Of a stretch of 64,000 nt of DNA, positions 11,601-23,118 are shown piece after piece. The first letter of the stretch is position 1. Each line of letters begins with the position of its first letter. A program made the position numbers and the translations under genes. The DNA is from Sphagnum compactum (taxonomy: Eukaryota): NCBI GenBank assembly GCA_965153455.1, contig OZ234493.1, forward strand, positions 4,092,001 to 4,156,000. Reading direction: 5' to 3'. The notes under the pieces were generated by a model. It was not told the DNA's origin, searched no databases, and worked only from the letters and a program-made list of their open reading frames with translations.

Positions 11601-14000
11601 ACCTTGGGTTCAAGTCACTCAAGATTTCCAAACCAATTTCAATTGTCACTTTTAATGTGAGAAGACTCAAGAAGGGGTGGGGAATGTGAAAGCAAAGGGC
11701 CATCAAAGCATGCATAAAAGCCTCTTCCTCAATTGGTGTTTTTTGTAAAAATATCATTTGAATAGTGAAATTTGGCAAGACGTTGAAACTAAGAAATAAT
11801 GTAACTATATGGAATTCAACACTGCAACTAAAATGGTTTTGATTTGGGTGAATGATGTCTAGGAGGTGAGTTTGCAATTGGTTCAAAAAAAAATTGGCAA
11901 ATATTTTGAAAATACTTCCAAATAAAATAATGGGTTGTTAGTTCCCCATTAGGGAATGCTCACCCAATTTAAGAATAAGTACGATCAATTCATGGTTGAA
12001 GAATTCTGAAAGTTGACCCAAACCCATCATAGCTTGAAACATTTTAAGAATTCATGGTCTGATTTTGTTAAAGTCTTGTGAAAGTTCATGTCTAATAGCC
12101 AAACATCTTGCAAGCTTCAACTTAACATGAGTTAATGCTAGACCATAGCCTCACATCATTTCATGAATCAATGTCCAATAAAATTCATGGAATGAACATC
12201 ATCATCCATATTGAAATCACCTACAATCATGCAATGGGATGCATTCGAATTAAGGTTAGAAATTAGCTACCACATGCTAGCCCAATCATTATAAGACTAT
12301 GTTGCATATGTGTTCACAATGTTGATTGTGTCAACATTTAACATCTTGAGTGAAATGAACTAAACTTGCCCCTCAAATCTAATATCATGATCCAAAATTG
12401 ATAGTGTTAGTTTAGGTGCAATAAGAATTACAATGCCCAAGTTCTAGGTTTGCGATGGGCAATAATATTTTGGACAATGTTTTTTATGTGCAAGTAGCCA
12501 TGGAATGGGCAATTAAAAGTGAAGAATGATTAATGCTCTTTTTGTTTGATTTTGAGAAATCTTTTGACCACATCAATTAATAAATTTTGTTTGTAGCCTT
12601 CCAAACATTGGGTTTTTAGTGAAAATTGAATATTTTGGGTATGTTTTACAAGTTTGTACCTTCTTGGATTAAAATCAATGCTAAAAGTGGGGACCCTTTC
12701 ACTTTATGATGTTTAGTTCGACAAGGATGTTTATTTTTTCCATTTTTATTTGTCTTCACAATTGATGTTATTGGTTACTTGCTTGGAAGCTTAAGTCATG
12801 GTGTGTGTGAACCACATTTTTGGGTGGCAACTAACTTACAAATCCATATTTGTGGATGATACGACTTTGTATCTTAAAAGGATAGTGGCAAATTCGGACA
12901 AACCGAATCATGCGCTTACTTTTTTTTACAATGCAAATGGGGCAAATGTGAAGTAGTGGAAGTCTTTAGCCATATGGGCTTCCAACCTAGCTTGAAATTG
13001 TGATTGGGGAAGTGATCCAAACTTGTGTTGGGTAATTTCAAAGGGGCAAGGCGTCAAGTACCTGGGCTTGCAGGTGGGTTTCCATTCTTTGACCAAGGTT
13101 AATTTTGTTTTGAAACCAAAGCTCAATAGTTGGTATGGTCAAAATCATGTATAATCAAATGAAGAGTTTGATAAAAAATTGCATTTGGGGGAGTCATGTG
13201 AATAAAATTCAAATGAAGGTCGAATGGGACATTATCACCTTCCCAATTTATAAAGGTGTGTTGGGGATCCTAAATTTTAATTTCTACTAATGTAAGGCCC
13301 AAGTTGAGTTTTTGCTAACTAAACTAATGGTCTTTCATTCAGTAAGGAGTCATGAAAAATCTTGCTTTAGAAATAGGTTGCTTTGACGCAACTTCAAGGA
13401 AAAAATTGTTTTGCCATGCCCCTAAACTTTAACTAGTTGTTCACAATGAATAAGTTTCACATGAGGATTGCTTTCCCATTTTGGAACACCTTGTTAGGTG
13501 CCTAGAGGAATGTGCATGACAAGTGATTGATTAAGTTAGACTTTAACAAGTTTGAGGAAATGTTAAGACAACCTACGTTTGGTAACCTTTGTATCCCATA
13601 CCTAGCTTTGGATGAACTTGTTGTCAAAACGCAAATAGGGAGAGAAATTTCTTTAGTTGAAGGCATTCAAATCAGAGACTTATGGGGCAATCAAAGTTTT
13701 AATTGGAAACAATTCAAAAACTTGGGTATGTGCCAAATGATTGTTTTGATAACAATTCATGTTGCTTCCATTATACCATGGGATTTGGGAGCTCTGATCC
13801 ACAATTTTTCTCAAGAAGATTATGTGAATCTTAGCTTGGGAGTCTTGTTAATTATTGCTGTGGATTAGGTCTATTTCATTTTGGATATCACAAGGGAATT
13901 AGTCAATGCGTACGAATTGAAAGTTTACATAAACTCAAGGAAGTTGGAGTGGACATCCACCTAGCTCATTCAACTCTCTTTAGTTGACATTACAAAAATG
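8700..14000 (-). mobile_element. Highly decayed L1-type LINE (ORF1, APE endonuclease, weak RT traces); boundaries approximate
   Basis: Minus-strand translation of ~12200-12375 gives EGQV*FISLKMLNVDTINIVNTYAT*SYNDWASMW*LISNLNSNASHCMIVGDFNM, the APE endonuclease NxYA...W...GDFN signature. ORF1-like FRGMAKQFF lies at ~13400-13430 and a zinc-knuckle remnant (AHMAKDF) at ~12960-12980. Many stops. Confidence 0.7.
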
Positions 14001-14892
14001 TGAGTTTTAGTTCACAAGGGATTGAAGGGTCATTTTCAATTGACAATGTTTGAGAATTTAAAAGAATTTTGTGTTTTGACAACCCCACATGATAATTGTA
14101 GTGAGGCATCATGGCTGTGATTAGGTCTTGCACATGGTGTTCACAATTAGTCAATTTTTATGTTATTTCAATATGGTTTCATTCATGGGTTGCTCTGGGA
14201 TTTAAACAAATGGACTTGTAGAGCATAAAATGGTATTGGTCATGGACACTTCCTTGGGAGTTTAATAAGTTGAGGATATTGGCATAACAAAGGCAAGCAA
14301 AATGGAGAAACATTCTTTCATTTCCAAGCTTAAGGATCTTGGATTAAATGAACAATAATGTACCAACTTGCTTTGGTGAATGTGGCACCATTCTTGGCCT
14401 TGCAAAGTGGCGACTTTGATGTGAATCATATTTAGCAATGGTTTGCCAATGGATTCTTGGCTTGCATATATGGGCTTGGATGCTTATTGCAAAATGTGTG
14501 ACATGGGCATGAGTAAGAGACCTTTCCATTGCCTTAAAGACTGCATGAAGGTTTAGTTAATTTGGTCAACATTTGATAGGATTCAACACCTCTAGAGGTA
14601 AAGATGATTTGTCACAAGAACGTCAACAAATTTTGGATATCCCTTGGGTTCCATTTGTTCTGGGTGAGTTTCCTTATGTGGTCCATGATGTTGCTTCACA
14701 TGATGTTTTGATCATCCTAGTGGGTTATTTTTCTTGACATAAGCCATTGTTATTCTTAGGGCATTCATTTTGATTTTCACTTGGTTTGAGTGTTGCGTGT
14801 GGATATACAGAATGGGCGTGTGAATTTAGCACAATGGTGACACGGATTTTGAACTATGGTCAAAATCGGTTGAGCACGGTCTGATAGATTAA

Positions 14893-15232
14893 GGCCCACT
14901 TTAGACTAGGGTCTGGGGTCCAATTTCCTAAGAACCAATTTGGACCGATTTGAAGCAAATTGAATCCTTGAGTTGGATTGTACCTTGGTCCCTAGCCTGA
15001 TTCTTGGTTCTCCAAATCAGGAGCTCTCCTTTTAGCACTGTTTTTTTGGGTCCGAACCAATTGATTTTCCCTCCAAAACAGGTGCCTCAATGTAGGTTGA
15101 GCCTCTCAATTTGCCATTTTTTGGTCTTGGGCCCTTGTCTAAAGGCGTTGGGGGACCGATTTAAAGCTTTTGACCAATAAGATTGCTTGAATTCATTAGT
15201 CCCTGGACCTTGGACCCTTTGTTAAACCAACC
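14893..15232. mobile_element. Possible PIF/Harbinger (Tourist-like) MITE
   Basis: Left end ggcccactttagactagggtctggggtcca versus reverse complement of right end ggttggtttaacaaagggtccaaggtcca (degenerate TIRs). TA-rich flanks (ttaa / attaa), ~340 bp, non-coding. Confidence 0.4.
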
Positions 15233-15573
15233 ATTAAGTTATACTTGAGGTACTGACAGAATCCATTGAACAGATTTGATTCCTGGACATTCATTTCTAT
15301 CATTGTGCATTTAATACTCAACTCCCTAACGTACATATATATACACACACACAAAGAGACGCACAGACTCATCCATCCACATCTGTTTTGGGCCTTCCAC
15401 ATTTGGAAAGGTATAGTTTTCAATTAGCGCAAAATTCAGGCCAGGGAGCAGCAGCTTCCTGAAAATGCAAAGGGAAAAATCACCGCTGGCCGGCCTGCTG
15501 GGGCCGGGATCTCAAATATCCGGACGGGTCTATTTTCAGACCCTTCTCCTCTACGCTTTTCACTCCCAAATCA

Positions 15574-15670
15574 GCCACGTCAAAGAAAAAAGGTACCAAA
15601 AAAAGAAAAAAGGAGATGAGTTTGTGGATAAAAACCGTCTACCCCAACAGAACGCCACGCTGCCACGTGT
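15574..15670. promoter_or_regulatory. G-box/ABRE-like cluster in a CpG-rich patch
   Basis: GCCACGTC at 15574, GCCACGC at ~15654 and TGCCACGTGT at 15661, within a CpG-retaining ~400-bp island. Confidence 0.4.
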
Positions 15671-17764
15671 AAAGACTAGCGCTGACCGTCCGATGACGAT
15701 CGTCGTCCACAATCGGGATCGCTCGCTGTTCGTCCTCGGCTTATCATATTAAAAAGAATGTGTGGACCACGACACTCGACTGCTTCTGACCTGGAACTCG
15801 AGTGCGTGTGAATATCGCGGCCGTGGAATTTCGGCTGTGGACGGATTGGATTGAGTTTTGGCAGGCAAAGGGGAAGAAGCCTTTGGATGGATATAGACTA
15901 TAGACTATAGACAGCCCTACTTTTTTTTGTTGGAAATTTTATTGAAGGGAGTGGGGGGGGGAAAAAAAAACTATGGACCTGTGGGCTACTTATTAGGAGT
16001 TTTTTTTAATTAAAAAAATTTGGGGGTGGGGAAGGGGGTGTATAACTTGGGGTATTGATTTTATTTCTCATAGTTGCAATAACGTGGTACCTATTCATTG
16101 AATTGAGGGGTGGGCCGCCCGGGGTCCTTTTGGGTGATTTTTTGGGGGTGTTTTTTTTTTGTGTGGGGGTGCCCTTGTATTGGGATACCTAGTTGTGATT
16201 AAATGGCTTTGTCATGTGATGGAAAGTATGGTTCATTGATTGAGGGGGCAATGGCTGGAGCAAACATGAGAACGGAATTGGACATTTTGCTATGTCCCAC
16301 TTGGGTTGGGGGAGAGGGGAGAGGGGGGGGAAGAAACTCAAGCTTTTGGCTTTTCCTTTGTGAGTTTGAGTGTTTGTTCATCGTGTTAAGAATCTTTCTT
16401 TTGTGTGCTGAAAACAAAACAAGAAAGTAGGAGAGGACCTTAACAAAAGAAAGGCCAATCAATCATACATGATTTCTAATACACTTGAATGACTTCCAAT
16501 TCGTCTTCAACTTCAAAGTGGGCCACACTAGGGCTACACGAAACCCAAATCCCACTACCCTATACAAGACCCATTTGAATGACGAAACTAACCAATAGAA
16601 ACCTCCTTCACCAACAACCAATGGAGACCTCAATAACTAACTTCCATTCAATACTCGTGTACAATCTCATATGTGTGTGTGTGTGTGTGTGTGTGTGTAC
16701 CCCTTGTTGTTACCCCCTACTCTTTTTGAGTTCTTTATTTGTCTTGTGCTTGTCCTTGCCAAGTCAACAAACTTTGGAACTTCGTAGCTCCATAACATGG
16801 GAAGTTAGTGGTGACGACAAATGAACCAAATCCCTTAAATACATGAAAAAAAGATAAAATGGGACCCCACAAATAAATACAAATCAATCTCCCCACCCAG
16901 AAAAAAAAAAAAAAAAAAACCCACCGGGCCCAAACATTTAAAAAAAAAAAAAAGACCTCTTCACAATAACACTTGTTTACAGAGAGACCCCCCTCCCCCC
17001 CCCCCAAAAAAGAAAAAGAAAAAGAAAAAGTTCATTGGTCCATTTCAAAATTATTTTTTTCTTCGTGTTTGCTCGCTCTGTGTATGTGTGTGTTTTTTAA
17101 TTGCTTTGGTTCTGTTTTGTTTTCTGGGTGTGTTTCTTTCTGTTGCTGCGCGCGATCGGCTCCGCGGTGACGGGAAGGAGAGTATCGCAGACTTGGAGGA
17201 CGTCGGGCGCGGCTCTCTCTCTCTCTCTCTATGTCTCTTTCTCTTTGTGTCTTCTCGCATTTGAGCACTTGACTATCGCGACGAGAAACTTGAGGTACTC
17301 GTGCGATCGTTGCATTTTTCTCTATAGAGTTGACAGTGAAAAGGGGCTCGGTTGTTTTGTTCAAAGCATCTGGGGAGAGCTTGTTTTTTGCAGAAAGCGG
17401 AGGGGAGGATTGCTGTTTCTCAAGCGGGCGTGGAGTGTCGTTCTAAGGTGTTGTCAAGCTTTATATTATCTGGTGTCACAACACTGGACGCTGTGGTACG
17501 CACTTTCTATCTATCGGACCGTCAATGTGATTGTTGCAGCATGAGAAGCAGACTTTTCGTTTTTCTTCTCTTGGAGAGGAATGCTTGGAGAGGAATGATT
17601 TGGATGTCGATAGTTGTGATTGCTCATTGTGAAATAGTGCCATAATTTCGAGCTTCTTTTTGGTATGAATGTACTCTGTTTGAGCTCAGGAGTGTGATAG
17701 ACGGCAGCCGTTTGCTTTTTTTCTCTCCAGTGAAAAGAAGCTTGGCAGAGAGCTTGTGGAAAGC

Positions 17765-18386
17765 ATGGCGCAGAGGATGGCGAGTTCGATGATCACGGGC
17801 AGCAGCAAGTCGGTACCTATCCACGGAAGTTCATTCCACGGTGACTCGCTTCTCTCTTCCTCACCGAGATCTTGCGGTCTCGCTTCCAATCCGAGAATAA
17901 GACCAGGTCAGGGAGTGATTGCGATGATGCCGTTGACAGAGGGAGGAGCAGTCAAGGATCACTATGCAACTCTAGGAGTGAGTCCTGGCGCCAGCAAGCA
18001 TGAGATCAAGAAGGCATACCGACGACTGGCTCTTCAGTATCACCCTGATGTATGTGACGGTGAACATTGCAGCTTGAACTTCCAGCAAATCAACAAAGCA
18101 TACGAGGTAAACACACTCTTCCATGCCTCCTCAGTTGTCATTTTCCCATTTCTGTTTTGCGTCGGTTTGGAATTTACACTCTTGTTCTTTGTTTCTTTTT
18201 GTGTGTGTGTAGAGTCTGCTAAGCAAAAGGACTTTGCAGTTTGGAGAGTTTGAGGACGATCTTTCTGATAACCTTGAGGGGTTCATGGGAGTTGGAGATG
18301 ATTGCTGGGAGGATTGGGAAGAGTGGATGGGATGGGAAGGAGCTGGAATTCGAGACTTCTCCAGCCATGTTAATGTCCACACATGA
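17765..18386 (+). CDS. Chloroplast small J-domain chaperone, AtJ8/DJC22-like, ~171 aa
   Basis: Exons 17765-18106 and 18213-18386. Ser-rich transit-peptide-like N-terminus, J domain (DHYATLGV...[15 protein letters not shown]) and C-terminal [20 protein letters not shown] typical of the J8 family. Probable 5'-UTR intron ~17295-17730 after a CT-rich leader. Confidence 0.93.
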
Positions 18387-21300
18387 CTCCTGATTTTCTT
18401 AAAACGAGAGAGAGAGAGAGAGAGAGAGCCCTCTGTGAACCCTTGTATGAAACCTGTACAATGCATTGCCATAGCAGGAATATTACAGAAATGAAAGGGA
18501 CCATTGGCACAACAACTGTGTCATAGTCTGCAGCGAAATGGGGTGCAGCAATACTCTTATGTACAAATGAGGATTCTAGCATCACAATGAAAAAGGTAGT
18601 ATCCCTGTCTCTCCCAAGGCCTTGCATCGATTTTATTAGATGCTGCTGCAAGAGCTACCAGGCAGTCATAGCTTCATCAAGAAAAAAGAGAATCCTCAAG
18701 ATAGGGTAGCGTCAGGAAAGCACTCGTGCTCTCTTTTCTACTGTAGCTGGTTTTCTGGATAATGAAAAGATGGTGGCAAAACTGCCCTGACCTCACCAGC
18801 TTGATAGGTATATGTTTGCTTTGCTAATTTGCCTCTTGTGTGGTGAAGCATGCCAATCTGTCCTCTCTTTCTTGCAGGAACATCATGTCCTTGATCAAGT
18901 AACTGCCATTTCCTGCAGTGGAGCGAGGAATTGTGATGGCACACTCCTCTCACCCTACACATGAATGCCACTTCAAGAGGAAGAAGACTTTGGCAGCCAA
19001 CAAGGTCAGGGATGCCAAACTACATGTGCAGTCTCTCCACCACTTCCTCCCTGCACATGAAGTGCCAATTGAATATATCAGCACAATTTCCACTCCCTCT
19101 TGAATGTGCAAGTTGGGTACCTAGTGACATATGACCACTCCCTCTCCACCACTTTTTATCCCTAATGCTAATTGTACAATGAGCAGAAATTACCACTTTT
19201 CTCTTTCCAATGTTTAAGCTGCATGATGATAGTTAACTGTTAAATGCATAGTTATGCATTACCTGCTTCAAGTTCACAAATCTATCAGGAAATTTACTAC
19301 ATTATACCAAGGCCATGTAGAGAGGGAATTCCTCATCCTGTTGAAATGTTGTGGAGACACTAAGAAAACACAGTTTGCTTCTAGCTCTGAAGAACAATTC
19401 TAAGAAAAGAGAGAACAAAATGGATTGCTTAGTATCCTGAGATAAGCGAATTTGAAGAATGTTTTAATGTAATCTCCATACTCACAGATTTCTCAATTAG
19501 ACTTCAGCTTCATGTACTTCCGTAAGCCAAATTGGGTAGCAACACTCCATAGATTCATAATTTTCCCCTGAACACCTTCTCTTGTTGCTTAGTAAATACT
19601 TCTGATCTGTCTATTATAAGTAGCACAGTTCACATTGGACAAATGTCGTTCCCATCATTTATGAGCATCTGTGTTGTGCATGGGGCTATGTCCCCCATAT
19701 TGAAGATTATAGAAGATTATAGGTGAACTCCTATTGCTGGTGACAAACCCCATCACACATATCTTGCACCTCAGGCCCATGCACACAAGATGAGTTCGGT
19801 TATAATTTGGAAACTGATGTTCTTGCTAGCCCTTCCAAATAATAACACGAAAATTACTCTTTCAGATTCTCATTCATCATGTGTGTCCCCAATGGCAATT
19901 TTGCTTCCTTTCATGATTTATATATCCCCACGTCTACTAATTTTTTCTAGGATGACTCAATGGGTTGCAAGGTTTGAACAATTGGAAAATAAGATTGGAA
20001 ATAGAGTTGATAGAAACTGCCACATTTTGTTCCAATTCACGTGTGAAAATTGTTGTCATTCGCTCATGTACAACTGGAAGTAAGTCGTATTTCATTGTTT
20101 ACACTTTTTGCACTTGAACTACTCAGTTGATGCCAACTGATTGTCATGGCACTGTTAGATCGACACCAAATACATATCAAAACTGACAAAGACACACAAC
20201 TGAAACATACATATAAGTATCTTTTGTGTTACAAATTGGACCTCCTGTAGTATGAAAATCCAGGCTCGAAAAGTACACATGTGAACAAAGAAAAACAAAA
20301 CAATGATTATTCTTATTGTGCCTCCTATTCATTTCAAAAACCTTGATTCAATTTTTGCCATTTTGGTCTCCATTTCATTGCAAGAAAAATTGAGGAGATT
20401 CAGATTAAAAACTGGAAACCATTCTGAGCATGAGAATATATGCACCTCTACAAAAACTCAATAAACTTGGAACTACCTGGAGTTAGTGACTACAAACTGA
20501 TGGCAATCTCTGTATGCATGGGAATGGTAAGCAACAGTTTGTCTGTGTGATACTTCAACAAGGGTTTCTGTGTAACTTTTGCCAGCAGCTGAACCTACTA
20601 TTGATTTGAGCACAGAAATAAGTGACCAAATATTGCTGCAAAACAATCATGCAGGAAACAAAACCCTTGAGAGACATTCTCAAAAATCACAGAAATTTCT
20701 GCTTCTCCTTTCATCCTGGAACCTCTACAATATCTTAACCAGTTGCGAGTTTCAATGCACCAAGGAGCGAAAAAAAAACCCATGAAAAGACACTGAAATT
20801 TCCAGCTTTCTGTGAACAGGTAATGGTGATGATGATACCTCACCCCAAAGCCCCCAACTTACTCTTTTGCTCCTCCTTTTATTTCCTGTCCAGCTCTGCA
20901 TTTTTCTTGCAATTACATTCAAGAACACAAAAGAATGAGAATGAAAATGCACGGAGAGAAACAATCATGTTCATGAAATTGAGTTGGTGGTTTCTGATGT
21001 TGCAGTTTTGCTATGTGTTTTCCCTGGCAGTCCCGAAGGATAGTTCCACATTGAATACCTGGAATTGTCAACAGGCTGCTGATGCTAACCCTTTGGTCTT
21101 TGATGGCCTTGGAGTGTTGCTGTCTGATGAAGTTGTGTTGAGATTCCCTCAATAATGAACTCAGCACTTGGAAAATTGGAAATATCAGAGTTCTCATTCT
21201 CTACGTTGAAAGTTGAAACAAAGGCAGCAACCATTTGTCATCCTTAGGAACCAAGGCAAGCATGAAGCCTTGTTCCTCCTCTACAGTTCACACTGTCCAC

Positions 21301-22139
21301 TTCACAATTGATGAATGCAGGTGCACAAGTGTGGCTGTCTGTCTTGCAGGTCTCCAGGTTTGAGTTGCCCTGTCCTTTCAACCCTCCCCAAATGGTGCAT
21401 ACATGAACAAACTGGTAGATAGAGATTCCTCCCAAAAGACTTAAAACACGCACACACCATTCATGGACCCAATGAAATCTATGAAATCAAAACCTGCAAT
21501 GAAGTCCCAAGGTGCAGGAGACTATGACCATACACAGGAACAAAGATTACAAGGATATGAACACACCTTGAACATGAACAAGCAAACACAACAAAAAGCA
21601 TCTAGTGAAAGATGGACGCATCATGCATGATGGAGGATATATAATTCTTTGTCAAACTGACAAATCCTAAATCAACAACAGAACAACAGAATCTAAAAAA
21701 ATATGGCATACATTCTTGCCGTTGACTTGTGACTGCTGGTATGCACAATCTACATGATCCACCCATTTCACTGGATTATCAAAACCATGGAAATGGATTA
21801 TGGAAAATGTAGAGATCTCTAACCCTATACAGCAAGCAGGATTTGGACCTTTTCTCTGGCAGAAAGATGAAACCCTCAGATAGCAAAGATCTCATATTGG
21901 GGAGAGACAACAAAAAAGATTACCTACCTCATCTCAACCTTTGCAAAGGTATCCTTACCTCAATCTCAAGCTTGATAGAGTATTTTCATCATGGCAAACC
22001 CCATCCAACACATAGTTAGAGTGATTATTCCACACTCTCATATAGATTGCCAAGACTCTTTCACAAACGTAAAGCATCATCGCATTTTTTTCTTTATATA
22101 TTTTGATCCTTCATCGGTTTGAAGAAATCTTGTTCATTG

Positions 22140-22692
22140 ACGTCATAGAGATGTTGCAGGAACAATAACTTACACAATTCGAAAGGTACTCTCTAACCTA
22201 TTAGGGTAATTTCTATCGGGTGAAATTCACCCACTAGCTTGTCCCTCTTGACTCTCCTTATCATCATTATCCTTTTGCAATATCATTGTCATGACAACAC
22301 TTTACTTAAGAGAAAGGCATGTTAGCAAACCTTTTAGTAAAGGGGAAAAGTCTATCAGCAAACCTTTACTTAAGAGAAAGGCATGTTAGCAAACCTTTTA
22401 GTAAAGGGGAAAAGTCTATCAGCAAACCTTTCCAAATTTGAGATCTCTCCATAGCTGGTAGGCAATAAGTTGAAGGAAAGTCGGAAATTTGAAAGGGTCT
22501 ACTGATAAACCCTTCTCTTAAATAAAATGTTGTCGTGACAATGAGACTGCAAAAAGACAACATTGTGTTGATAAGGACAATGAAAAAAGACAAATTGATG
22601 CGTAACTTTCATCTGATCGAAGTTATTTCAACAAGTTAGATGATAAATTTCAAATTGTAAATTACTACTCTTACAACATCATTATAATGTTA
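22140..22692. mobile_element. Foldback / long-TIR non-autonomous element with internal perfect 64-bp tandem duplication
   Basis: Left arm cttttgcaatatcattgtcatgacaacactttacttaagagaaagg (~22272) matches the reverse complement of ccttctcttaaataaaatgttgtcgtgacaatgagactgcaaaaag (~22511). Similarity continues out to both ends. 22300-22363 is identical to 22364-22427. Confidence 0.8.
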
Positions 22693-23118
22693 ACAAACAA
22701 GATTTTTTCAACCCATTGAAAGACCAAAATATACGAAGGAAAAATGCAACAATGCCTTGTATTTTTCAACTGACCTTCAGCCTCGCAGCCTTGGCGGCAT
22801 CTCCTGTACATGCAAAATTAGTCCACAATCAAAGAAGATTTGTTTGCTCGATCTGTTTAGCAATTCAGCAGCAGCAACGTTCACAAGCTCGACAACACCC
22901 AGGAATGATGATTCTTCTCTTCTAGCAGGCGCTAGGGTTTGGATGCAACATAAAACCCTAATTAGAGAATGCGTCTGACGGTTCTCTTTGAGAAGGGGAA
23001 AAATATCTTCTACCACGGCACGACGGCAGCAGCACCAGCAGCACGATTCTGTGTACTTCTTCTCCACGAGATCAGCGTCAAAGGATTTGCAGAAACTCCT
23101 CCTATCGCTTCTCCAAGC

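Noticed and set aside
13527..13868. 113-aa plus-strand ORF
   Set aside because: Non-ATG start and antisense to the decayed LINE ORF1 region.
15910..17030. G-rich left part versus C-rich right part as a large inverted repeat
   Set aside because: The similarity is only homopolymer composition and I could not align real arms; this may be low-complexity or error-prone sequence.
21874..21994. Minus-strand box C/D snoRNA candidate (ATGATGA...CTGA, ~117 nt)
   Set aside because: Only a 2-bp terminal stem and no rRNA or snRNA complementarity that I could recognise; such box pairs arise by chance.
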